Shown: positions 44,674-54,037 of the stretch, one piece after another
How positions within the stretch are numbered: position 1 is the stretch's first letter
How the letters are laid out: each line of letters opens with the position of its first letter
Source of the DNA: a virus
Direction: 5' to 3' (one strand)
IMG/VR virus record: IMGVR_UViG_3300033153_008203
Coordinates: 32,001 to 96,000 of that record
Length of the DNA: 64,000 bases
Program-made: the position numbers and the translations under genes
The notes under the pieces: generated by a model
The model's database searches: none
Seen by the model: the letters and a program-made list of their open reading frames with translations, nothing else
What the model was told of the DNA's origin: nothing

Positions 44674-47073
44674 TTATAGTAAGATAGTCTTGTATAGTCC
44701 TTCCCCACCATCTCCTCCACCATAGTCTCCTGACACAGGAGTAGAAGTGCCGCCAGCTCCACCAGTAACATCTATTGTCGATCCTGCAGTGTCAATGCTA
44801 TTCCCTATCAACACTACGCCTCCACCTCCACCTGCACCTGTTCCACCTACTTGTGAAGATGCATCTCTTCCATCCTCACCACTTACATCGATACTTCCTT
44901 CTATTATAATATTGCTAGCTTTTATTAGTACGAGTGCACCGCCTCTTTCACCCCAGTAAAAAGATGAAGCCTTAGATGCATTACCGCCTCCTCCAGCTCC
45001 ACCTATAAAATGCAAAAATGGGTCGTCCTGAAATAGGTTTTGAGTTCCTATCGAAAAAGTATCGCCAGGATTTCCATTTCCACTAGTACTTCTATTGCCG
45101 CCACTAACCGTATCACTTGTAGTGTAGTCGGGGCTCGCATAATCTAATATATTAATAGTGGAGGATGCTCCAGAAGAGCCATTATTAATTCCACCTTGTG
45201 TCCTTCCTGCACCACCACCAGATCCACCAAGTTGGCCATAAGCAGCACCTTGAGTGTTGCTATAGCCTCCTCGTGATCCTACTCCAGACCCATCAATAGA
45301 ACCTCCTGATTTAAGCCAAAATGTGCCACGACATAGAATAACTATAAAACCATATGTGCCTTTTCCGCTTGGATGATTAACAATATCATTAGGCACGGTT
45401 ATACTTCCTCCGCTTTCTATTGTTAAGTTGTTATACATAGCCCAACCACCAAAACTCTGTGCGGATGAAATTGTAGTGTTAGCCACACCATGACCTAACC
45501 AGTAAGTCATCTTATAGTCATAGTATTGGTTTGACGAAGTTGTTGAATGACTGTGGAGCGATGTTGTACCTGCTCCAACCAGCTCATTTAGTTGGTCCCC
45601 TGTTGCTGTTATAACTGTGCCGCTATTAAGACTTTTATTTGTTAACGTCTGAGTATCACTAGTTCCAACTATTGTTCCTGATGGTGCATGCTGACCATCT
45701 AATGTATCTGCATCTAAACCATTACCAGACCCGGTATTCAATACTGCATTAGGAAACTTATCGCCAGCACTAAGAGGATAAAGGTTTCCATCCGTTGCTA
45801 CTGATGATGCAGGGATATCGCTTGTACCATCATTTGCGTCGGTTACATATTGTGCCTGCTTACCAGTCAATGCATCTGGAATAGAGTTAAGACCAAGTGT
45901 CTCATATACTGTATCACCTGAATCTCTGAAGACTATCTCACCAGAAAGAGCCTTAATCATTATGTCTGGACCACCAGCATCATATATAAGAGGCTCTACC
46001 AATGTTTTGTTTTGAAGTGTCTGTTCGTCATCTACACCAACTATGGCGCTAATCACTCCGTGTGCAACAGCCGCATCTGATCCAAGTAAATCAGTATGAC
46101 TTAAGAATTCGCTTAGATTATCATTGTGCTTGTGAGACATTAGATAGTTTCTCAAGTACTCTAGTGTCTTAGAGACTCTAGTTCCTGCACAGATAACAGA
46201 ATACCTGTTTGGCTCTGATGCAGATATTGCTAGATCTACGCCTTCGACATAGAATGTTGCCAATGATGATCCTGGCGCTCCTATCTTCTTAAACGTCAGA
46301 CCTTCAATTATACTGTTTGCTCTTTGTCCTCCGCCTCCAACATGATCCCATACATATATGTACCCTGCTGGAATCTCTGCATTATCTAAAAGAGAATCAA
46401 GTTCTCCTGGAATTAATAGTTGTTGTCCATAATTTTTACTTGGCCCATCTCCGTTAACAGTTGGCAATGTTATCTGGCTACCATCACCACTAACAATTAC
46501 TGTACATCTTACTGTTTGTGCTGGGTCTGGCATTACATTGTATGTGGCACCTGAATAAGAATCTGCGACAGTCGTATAGTCGTAGGATGCTGTATGATCT
46601 GAGCCTGTAAGAGAGAACGTATGGACTAATCCATTTGCCTCTATAAAATAATCCCCGGTAGCGACTACGAGACCTAATGTAGTTACAAGCGTATCAAATA
46701 CTCCAGTAGGATTAGCGAATACAATTTCAGCTTTTACAGCAGGATTGTCTGGAGCATTATTCAAAGCAAATATCTTTTTACCTTCTGGTACTGCTTCACC
46801 GGTAACAGATAGCTCATTGCCACCTAAAGAGTTAGGATTAAGACTAGACATGCTCCCTATTGCTCTTGCTATATTAGCAATGTGATTTGGATCAGAATCT
46901 AATGGTCCTCCAGTTTCAGAGCTTTGATTCCATACGTCTCCAATTGCTCTTTCAATAACATTCATGGCATTGGCAACCTGATCAAACGAGCTCTCTATTT
47001 TATTTGATGTTGGAGATTCACCGTCCTCAAACGTTATGTTTATCGGTGTCAACTCTTTTAATTTATCTGACAT
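44674..47073 (-). CDS. Tail fibre protein with Gly-rich C-terminal domain
   Basis: GSGNGLDADTLDGQH, QTL.NK repeats, GGSGGGAG and GAGGGGG segments. Confidence 0.75.
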   Translation of the reverse strand: MSDKLKELTPINITFEDGESPTSNKIESSFDQVANAMNVIERAIGDVWNQSSETGGPLDSDPNHIANIARAIGSMSSLNPNSLGGNELSVTGEAVPEGKKIFALNNAPDNPAVKAEIVFANPTGVFDTLVTTLGLVVATGDYFIEANGLVHTFSLTGSDHTASYDYTTVADSYSGATYNVMPDPAQTVRCTVIVSGDGSQITLPTVNGDGPSKNYGQQLLIPGELDSLLDNAEIPAGYIYVWDHVGGGGQRANSIIEGLTFKKIGAPGSSLATFYVEGVDLAISASEPNRYSVICAGTRVSKTLEYLRNYLMSHKHNDNLSEFLSHTDLLGSDAAVAHGVISAIVGVDDEQTLQNKTLVEPLIYDAGGPDIMIKALSGEIVFRDSGDTVYETLGLNSIPDALTGKQAQYVTDANDGTSDIPASSVATDGNLYPLSAGDKFPNAVLNTGSGNGLDADTLDGQHAPSGTIVGTSDTQTLTNKSLNSGTVITATGDQLNELVGAGTTSLHSHSTTSSNQYYDYKMTYWLGHGVANTTISSAQSFGGWAMYNNLTIESGGSITVPNDIVNHPSGKGTYGFIVILCRGTFWLKSGGSIDGSGVGSRGGYSNTQGAAYGQLGGSGGGAGRTQGGINNGSSGASSTINILDYASPDYTTSDTVSGGNRSTSGNGNPGDTFSIGTQNLFQDDPFLHFIGGAGGGGNASKASSFYWGERGGALVLIKASNIIIEGSIDVSGEDGRDASSQVGGTGAGGGGGVVLIGNSIDTAGSTIDVTGGAGGTSTPVSGDYGGGDGGEGLYKTILL

Positions 47074-47083
47074 TATTTTCTCC

Positions 47084-49087
47084 TTACACGTTTATGTAGA
47101 ATTGACTTCCTATCTGAGAACTCTCAATAGGATTGATAGTCAAGAACGTTCCAGTTCCTATGCTTGATGCAGCAAATGTATGCTCATCAGCCAACCTAAA
47201 ACCATAATACACATAGTTGTTCAAATGATCTACAAATGTTCCTGTTAAGTGTAGAGGCATCTGAACTTTAATTCCAACAGGTATTGCTTGTACCGTTGAC
47301 CTGTGCAATTCATTCTTACCTGTTATACTTATATCAATAAGTTTTCCAGTAGTGACCCTATATCCTAGGACATCTCCTCCAATTGGATCTAATTCAACAG
47401 GATACGTCAATGTATCGCCTGCAACTGTTGTTGGTCTTAAAGGAATATTCCCGCCAGTCTTAAAGTAATACTCATGCAACGGGTTATCTAATGCAGCTCT
47501 CGGGCTTCCAGCCTCTAGCCAATCTTGATACTTGTTTGGATCAACTGCATCGGGATCATAAGTGTAAACCATTACAAGCCTAGTACCACCTATTCCTGAG
47601 TCTTGCGTTTTTATTTGAAACAAGCTTACGTCTTCAGAACCAACAACACCATATACAGACTCGTCAAGAAACAGCTGCTTCTGATCTCCTGACAAGTTAG
47701 TAGTCTCCTGACTAACAGAATCCAAAGATGAGGATGACCCAGCAATTGCATATGCGTATCCATTAAAATCTGTTATTGAAGTAACAGGTCCGCTCTGTCC
47801 ATTTAGATTGCCGAAGTCTCCAGATGCAATATCAAATGTTATCTCCACATCTGATATAGGCTGATTACTTATATTGAAAGCTCTAGCAGTTATCGTTGCA
47901 TAATCTCCGCCTATATACATTGGACCGTATAGCCCTACACCTAATGACGGCTTATTAACTGTTACCTCTATTCTTGCTAAAAAGTTGTCTCGCTCTGATA
48001 GCAACAGGAACCCTCTATTAGTTCCAAGCCTTAATGGGTTAACATCTATATCAGAAAGCTTATCATCAGAACTAGATACAGGCTCGTACTCTATTCTTGC
48101 CGTCTTTTCATACGTTATGTATATCTTGCTTAAAAGAGGAGGAATAGCTCCATAATTATCTTCATCTCCGAAAAAGACGAAACCAGTATCGTAGTCAAGT
48201 TCAACTGACTTTTCACCAGGTGCCACATCCTCTATATTGCTAACTACTGTCCACTCTTCAAAGCTGTTATCAGATGTATTCAATACGTATATTTTTGCGC
48301 TATCCTTATTTAAAGGAAACAGCCCTGTTGTAAATATTAAATCTGGCTTTTCAGAACTTTCACCTATCAGTTCACATGACAAAACATCATCAAGAGTTGG
48401 GCTTCCAGAAGATGTTCCAACCCTTTCAATAAAGATCTTATTAAAGATAAACTTACTGTTGTCTCTGTCTATAATAAACTCGTTCTTTAATGTGTCTACA
48501 TTTGCCCATATAATGTCGCCATTTGAGTCTTCAGTTGACAACACTTCTCCATCTTGGATCAGCCCAGAAAAAGTATTCCTTTGTCTGATTCTCGTATCAA
48601 TTGAATGTATTCCTTCTACATCGCTTCTCATGTATACGTTTGCAGATACAGGTATAAAATCTTTTAGCTTAAGCTCATAGTTGTACACGTTTACGGTATT
48701 GCCATTTACATCTTCTGATTCTGACAACTTATCATTAATAGACTCGTGACTATACAAGTACCTTTCATTGTAATGCCTATAATAGTGTCCGTGATGGATT
48801 AACGGATTCCATTCGTAATTATTATTTACTCTTCTAAGCTCAACTCCATTGAACTTTAAGTCATCTCCATGGCCTATTCCAGACTGGAATCTGTCATAGT
48901 TGATTCCTCCTCTAGATGGATCCCATAGAACAGGAAAATAAGATGCCGCTTTTTCTTCGTCTCCACTAGGCCACACTCTTTCGTCCCAGTTGAATCCGCC
49001 TATTTCGCTTATATCAGCATACGGTGACAACTTTCCAGAATTAACTATAACCTGTCTTGTGTCAATGGTGATTGATCCTATTGCCAT
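47084..49087 (-). CDS. Baseplate-associated protein with Ig-like (Big_1) domain
   Basis: DYDTGFVFFGD; ATITARAFNISNQPISDVEITF...TDFNGYA. Confidence 0.65.
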   Translation of the reverse strand: MAIGSITIDTRQVIVNSGKLSPYADISEIGGFNWDERVWPSGDEEKAASYFPVLWDPSRGGINYDRFQSGIGHGDDLKFNGVELRRVNNNYEWNPLIHHGHYYRHYNERYLYSHESINDKLSESEDVNGNTVNVYNYELKLKDFIPVSANVYMRSDVEGIHSIDTRIRQRNTFSGLIQDGEVLSTEDSNGDIIWANVDTLKNEFIIDRDNSKFIFNKIFIERVGTSSGSPTLDDVLSCELIGESSEKPDLIFTTGLFPLNKDSAKIYVLNTSDNSFEEWTVVSNIEDVAPGEKSVELDYDTGFVFFGDEDNYGAIPPLLSKIYITYEKTARIEYEPVSSSDDKLSDIDVNPLRLGTNRGFLLLSERDNFLARIEVTVNKPSLGVGLYGPMYIGGDYATITARAFNISNQPISDVEITFDIASGDFGNLNGQSGPVTSITDFNGYAYAIAGSSSSLDSVSQETTNLSGDQKQLFLDESVYGVVGSEDVSLFQIKTQDSGIGGTRLVMVYTYDPDAVDPNKYQDWLEAGSPRAALDNPLHEYYFKTGGNIPLRPTTVAGDTLTYPVELDPIGGDVLGYRVTTGKLIDISITGKNELHRSTVQAIPVGIKVQMPLHLTGTFVDHLNNYVYYGFRLADEHTFAASSIGTGTFLTINPIESSQIGSQFYINV

Positions 49088-49971
49088 TATTTACCCCAGT
49101 ATAAACCTTTCTTTTTCATTGATTCTCTGACCAAGTCAATATAGTCTGAGCTAGGCAGACTTCCATATTGTGTTCCATCAGGCGCTATATATTGATCTAA
49201 AAACCTGTCTTGCATAACAGGATCATTTACGTCTTTTATGATGGTTGTACTAGCTCTAAGAGTAAACGGTATGTCAATATACTTGTAGCTTATTGCTCCA
49301 CTTCCAGAAGGGACTGACTTAACCGATACCTTTCCAGTAGCATAGTTTATATAGTAATCTCCTGGCTCCATTAAAGAGATGTTAGGGGACACTACCTTTC
49401 TGTAGAATACGCTAATGTCTGAGAAGCTAACAGTTCCTTCTATGATATTAGAGTACTGCAAATAGAATGTATTTGACGATGGTATGTCCTCGCTAAATAC
49501 TTCTACACTACTATCCTGATGTGTCAAGACCAATGACTCCTCATATGCTTTCGTGTAATCTAACAGTGTTGCACTAAAGTATGTGCTAGCATTGATTGCA
49601 GTAACAACATCAGACAAGGTTCTCTGATACGTACTAGCATTCTTATTATACAATTCAATAGTCACATCAACAACCCCTGTTAAATAGTCTTCATATAACA
49701 CTAGTGTTGCATGATCTACTTCTATCATAGGCACGTACCCTTCTGACACAGGAGTAGAATTAGTTATTGTTATTGCATCATATATGCTTAAGCCTAGTTC
49801 TCTGCTTATGCCATTCAGCAATCCAGAATAAGATGAGTTTGATTTATTTACTCCTACATCAAGCAGTCTTTGTTTGTATATTTTATTCGGCTCTCCTTTA
49901 AGTCTTGGAAGCCCTAACAAAACGCCATGCTCATCTAAGCTATTAAATATATTTTTTACTTTTTGTTCCAT
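49087..49971 (-). CDS. Baseplate wedge-like protein
   Basis: LDEHGVLLGLPRLKGE..YKQRL (gpI/wedge-like). Confidence 0.65.
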   Translation of the reverse strand: MEQKVKNIFNSLDEHGVLLGLPRLKGEPNKIYKQRLLDVGVNKSNSSYSGLLNGISRELGLSIYDAITITNSTPVSEGYVPMIEVDHATLVLYEDYLTGVVDVTIELYNKNASTYQRTLSDVVTAINASTYFSATLLDYTKAYEESLVLTHQDSSVEVFSEDIPSSNTFYLQYSNIIEGTVSFSDISVFYRKVVSPNISLMEPGDYYINYATGKVSVKSVPSGSGAISYKYIDIPFTLRASTTIIKDVNDPVMQDRFLDQYIAPDGTQYGSLPSSDYIDLVRESMKKKGLYWGK

Positions 49972-51602
49972 TAGTATGCCACGTCTATAGAGAAGTACTC
50001 TTCTCTTGTGTATAGTATTTTGCTTTCTATGTCTAGCATAGCTGTATCATAGTGTAGGTAAACTTTATGAACCACATCAGATGAGCTTGAGTCAAGGATG
50101 CACAGCTCATAATCAGAGTTAAACGCTATGCCTGTAACATTCGAGATACCATGTTCTAATTCTACTAACGGAGAGATCGTCCTTATAACAAGAATTCTTT
50201 TGTCAACGTCTACAGACCCATCAAGATATTCTATGCTTAGAGTCCACACATACTCTCCTGTGTCTGCAATCGTGTAGTCAAGTGCTCTGTGATAGAAGTT
50301 GTTTGGATCTGAGGTTTCATAAGGATTCTTATTCCATCCACTGTAGTCTCCGTCTATTATATATGCTTGCTCTACAAAGCTTCCACCACTATATACGAAT
50401 GTTGCTCTGCTTCCATCAGGCTTTTCTAGATCCCACTTATACTTGATTATACGTTTAGTATTCCTTTGCCTTTCTGGCTTCAGTTCTACTGTATCTCCTT
50501 CTAATGCATACTCATTGTTTATGAATATGTATACTTCTGAGTCTGATGTTTTACCAGCAAGCTTACTATGGTCTATTGCAACTTGCCTTGTATCATAAGC
50601 GATTATCTTTGTATCAGTTAATACGAAGTATCTTGTTGCATCAGGTTGAATTGCTATATCAAGTATACCAGTTATGTCTGACTCTAATGAGTCTAGTAGC
50701 TTAACTTTATTAACTTCATGTTTAGTATCTATCCCTACTAATAGGTCTTGAACCGTACTTGCAGTAACTACTTTATATTTTATAAATGATTTTCCGCCAA
50801 CTTCCTCATAACTAAGATATAGTGTTTTATCGGTATTAAACTCATCAATATATCTTTCGCTATCATATTGGTAATCGTCGTAGTTAAAGTTTATTGCATC
50901 TACTTTTATCGTTGCTGAACTTGGCCCAATATTAACCGTATGTATAGTTGATATTGTTCTCCACTCTTTAAGCGTAATTACTGTAGAATTGTATACAAAT
51001 GGAATAATCTCTGTATCGTAAGTGCCTCTTCTGTTAGTTCCAGAAATCTTTATGTATCCTTGTTCTTTAGTATCAACATGAGAAAACTCTGTTCCATCTT
51101 GAATCGTAACAAAAAGATATCCTGGCTCATAGATATCGTTAAAAGAAGAAAACTCTTCTACTCCTATCTCAGACTCGCTCAACACGGTCTGGTAATTCAG
51201 AGTAACAGGATCAACTGTGAGTCTTGTTGGGACCGCATCATACCAGAAATCCTCTATTGAGTTTGTATCAGATATGTCTACTTGTGTCTGTGAATCTCCT
51301 TCGTTGATTACCACATTTATGGCTGGTTGCAAAAGCTTTGGGATTCTAAAATCAGAGTTATCATATTGAAACTCAAATCCTTGTCCTAATCTAGTCTCAT
51401 ATAAAACATCGACTTCTGAAAGACTAACTGTATTAATAAATCTGCCTCTCAGCGCTATGCCTGCCTTTTTTATTATATCGTCAAATTCAGATGCAGGTGC
51501 ACCCATCAGCTGCTGAAAAAGGCTCTGCTTATCTTGCCTTGCGCGTGACCACGATGGCATATAGTTTGCAAACTTTTGTGTTATGTGTGAGTAGTAACTC
51601 AA
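49971..51602 (-). CDS. Baseplate wedge-associated protein
   Basis: YMPSW N-terminus; directly follows baseplate J; start codon uncertain (TTG). Confidence 0.6.
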   Translation of the reverse strand: MSYYSHITQKFANYMPSWSRARQDKQSLFQQLMGAPASEFDDIIKKAGIALRGRFINTVSLSEVDVLYETRLGQGFEFQYDNSDFRIPKLLQPAINVVINEGDSQTQVDISDTNSIEDFWYDAVPTRLTVDPVTLNYQTVLSESEIGVEEFSSFNDIYEPGYLFVTIQDGTEFSHVDTKEQGYIKISGTNRRGTYDTEIIPFVYNSTVITLKEWRTISTIHTVNIGPSSATIKVDAINFNYDDYQYDSERYIDEFNTDKTLYLSYEEVGGKSFIKYKVVTASTVQDLLVGIDTKHEVNKVKLLDSLESDITGILDIAIQPDATRYFVLTDTKIIAYDTRQVAIDHSKLAGKTSDSEVYIFINNEYALEGDTVELKPERQRNTKRIIKYKWDLEKPDGSRATFVYSGGSFVEQAYIIDGDYSGWNKNPYETSDPNNFYHRALDYTIADTGEYVWTLSIEYLDGSVDVDKRILVIRTISPLVELEHGISNVTGIAFNSDYELCILDSSSSDVVHKVYLHYDTAMLDIESKILYTREEYFSIDVAY

Positions 51603-52832
51603 TTATACACTCCTAACAGTAATGGGTGACTGGATCGATTGTTCTACTATTACTCTTTCATCAGAGAATGCTATATAGTCACTGATTAGCGTTTGTCTTG
51701 TTCTGTTATCTGCTATTCTAGAGTCCCTATATATAAACAAGCTATCAAAAGGCTTGCCTGTTCTTCCTATGTTTTTAATTTCTTCGCTTATATTAAGTAT
51801 TCTACTGACAAGTTCCTGATTAACAAACTCTTCGCCTATATCTAAATTATTAATATATGAAATTATCTCGTCTTCGACTAGCGCTTCAATGGCAGTTTTC
51901 TGGTCAGCTGTTATTGCAGAACGATAATTTATAGAGACTGACACTTCCATACCTACGTATTTTGGGGCACGTACCACTGCACTATTCCCGAGAGACTTCA
52001 CTCTATCAATAATCTCCTGAACTTTATCAAGTAGTGCACTTGAAACAGTAGGGTAGATAGACTTAACATATACAGAAAAGCTACCTGAACCCCTATCATA
52101 AGGTACAACAGATACGTCTGCAACCCCTGCAACTCCAAGTGCTGCTAGTGTTATCGCTGTTAGATTTGCAGTTTCTGATCCTACTACAGCATTGCTTATT
52201 CTATATCTATAGTTTGTGTCTATCTCTCTATCAGTTCCTCCTGCAATACCACTAACATTTGTTACCTTAAGTGCGTCATTTTGATATCCTGTATACCCTG
52301 TAAAGTTATGAGTATTAATTGCGCCGGCACCAACTGACGCCCTAGATCCTGCGCTCCTACTTATAGCTGACGCATATACCTCAGTTGCTGTTGTGCCAAG
52401 CTCTACATCTTCATAGGTAATGTACTCTATTGTTGTAGTAATTCCTGCTATTGTAGACTCTGCTGCAAGCACTGTTCCCTTAGAGACTATTACCGGTACT
52501 CCACCAGTTATGTCGCCAAACGTTCCAGATATCACATAGAACTTTATGTTACCGTGTGATGCATCTGTATTTGCCTTTTGCGCTTCTTTTCTAACAACCC
52601 CAACCAGTTCACCGATTAAGTCTAGATTGTCTCCAGATGCAGTACGCACAAATGCTTCAGCAATCTCAAGATCGAAACTTTCAGCAAGTCTGCCATGCTC
52701 ATTTGCCATGAGCTCAAGTATTGCTCTAGCTTTTCCACCAGGAGTTGTTTGAGTTATACCTGTAGTGTTGTTTAATATGTCTAATGAATTTTGGAGCGCA
52801 GTGTCTGCGTTATGGTAATTTGATATTGGCAT
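51603..52832 (-). CDS. Baseplate J-like wedge protein
   Basis: TASGDNLDLIG, GGTDREIDTNYRYRI, GVAGVADV, RGSGSFSVYV. Confidence 0.9.
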   Translation of the reverse strand: MPISNYHNADTALQNSLDILNNTTGITQTTPGGKARAILELMANEHGRLAESFDLEIAEAFVRTASGDNLDLIGELVGVVRKEAQKANTDASHGNIKFYVISGTFGDITGGVPVIVSKGTVLAAESTIAGITTTIEYITYEDVELGTTATEVYASAISRSAGSRASVGAGAINTHNFTGYTGYQNDALKVTNVSGIAGGTDREIDTNYRYRISNAVVGSETANLTAITLAALGVAGVADVSVVPYDRGSGSFSVYVKSIYPTVSSALLDKVQEIIDRVKSLGNSAVVRAPKYVGMEVSVSINYRSAITADQKTAIEALVEDEIISYINNLDIGEEFVNQELVSRILNISEEIKNIGRTGKPFDSLFIYRDSRIADNRTRQTLISDYIAFSDERVIVEQSIQSPITVRSV

Positions 52833-52840
52833 CTGTTCTC

Positions 52841-53278
52841 CTAGTATACTGTAAGCTTATGATTGTCTATGTCGAGTAACAATGTAACCTGAACTTCGCT
52901 TGTGTATCCGTTCTCTGGAGTTGCATCAACATTGATCTCTAAAATGTACATTAATGCATCTTTTGCTACTGGAACATACTTAATATTAACATCTTCTGCA
53001 CTAAGAAAGGCCCCTATAGTTAGGGCAGTCTTTATCTTTTCTTTTCCTATTTCTGCTGTTTCTCTTGTATTTGGTTCACCAATGATCTCGCTTAATCCTG
53101 CTCCAATCCAGCTATACATTGACCAATCTTGTAAGTCGCTTTTTACTCTATTGTATATTTCTTGCTTAAAAGATAATAGCAAATCAGATTCTGTAGAAGC
53201 TATGTCTCCAGTATTATCTAATGCAAAATCTCCAGCGCTATTAAAAAACAGGTCTATGTCGTCTTTTATTTGTGGCAT
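52841..53278 (-). CDS. gp25-like baseplate/sheath-initiator protein
   Basis: GDFAL..GDIA...QEI..R...IGAGLSEIIGEPN. Confidence 0.78.
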   Translation of the reverse strand: MPQIKDDIDLFFNSAGDFALDNTGDIASTESDLLLSFKQEIYNRVKSDLQDWSMYSWIGAGLSEIIGEPNTRETAEIGKEKIKTALTIGAFLSAEDVNIKYVPVAKDALMYILEINVDATPENGYTSEVQVTLLLDIDNHKLTVY

Positions 53279-53287
53279 AATTTCTCC

Positions 53288-53611
53288 TTATATTAGTAAC
53301 GTAGAAAGTTGCGCAACCATAAATGTTATGTTTGCAACTCCATTAAGCGGTTGAGAACTGCTCAACACTGGCATTGGAGTAATTATAGTAGATGGAAGAG
53401 TACTTACAATAGAATCATTAAACGTCCACATTCCTGCTATTCTTATATCTGATGGTGAACATACAAAACTATGCTTACCTCCATGATATGTTCCATCTGG
53501 AGTCATCACAATAAAATTTTCTTTTGAGCCTTGCATAGACGCAGACTCCTCTGCTACTGTCATTCCAGCTTGTGCATCCATACTTGCTTTCCATACTTTT
53601 TTTCTAGCCAT
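53288..53611 (-). CDS. Putative spike-associated protein
   Basis: Lies between the OB-fold ORF and gp25; LPSTIITPMP. Confidence 0.5.
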   Translation of the reverse strand: MARKKVWKASMDAQAGMTVAEESASMQGSKENFIVMTPDGTYHGGKHSFVCSPSDIRIAGMWTFNDSIVSTLPSTIITPMPVLSSSQPLNGVANITFMVAQLSTLLI

Positions 53612-53612
53612 A

Positions 53613-54035
53613 CTAATCTCCTGGGGGAAAAACTACAAATGATGTTTGTCCTATTTCTGTTGCTCCAGCTGCTGCTCCAGCTGGACGATCATTCTTATCT
53701 TCTGTAATCATGTAGGCCTTACCAAGCCACGGCTTATACCTATATACTATTTCTACTCTATCGCCTTCTTGTGGTTCACCAAATCTTAATGCGATATCTA
53801 ATGGATCATCACCAAGATATATCCATGTGTTCTCGTCTCCTATTAGGCCAGAGTGTCCTGGATCTGCTGACTTCCCTTCGTATCTTACTTGCACAAGTGG
53901 TTGAGTCCAGTTCCCTTTTTTGTCTGTGAATATTTTGCTTATTCTTCCAAAGACTCTCTTTTCTTGAACAAGAAGACCTGTGCTTCCTGATTGCAGCTTT
54001 AATCTTTTTTCATTTCCTAGTTTGCCTTTATTCAT
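53613..54035 (-). CDS. Putative baseplate spike N-terminal OB-fold protein
   Basis: GRISKI...VQVR...WI...PQEGDRVEIVY. Confidence 0.6.
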   Translation of the reverse strand: MNKGKLGNEKRLKLQSGSTGLLVQEKRVFGRISKIFTDKKGNWTQPLVQVRYEGKSADPGHSGLIGDENTWIYLGDDPLDIALRFGEPQEGDRVEIVYRYKPWLGKAYMITEDKNDRPAGAAAGATEIGQTSFVVFPPGD

Positions 54036-54037
54036 AT

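Noticed and set aside
31734-47073. Diversity-generating retroelement or shufflon acting on fibre genes
   Set aside because: No reverse transcriptase or invertase in the window, and no adenine-specific TR/VR pair or inverted cassette was seen.
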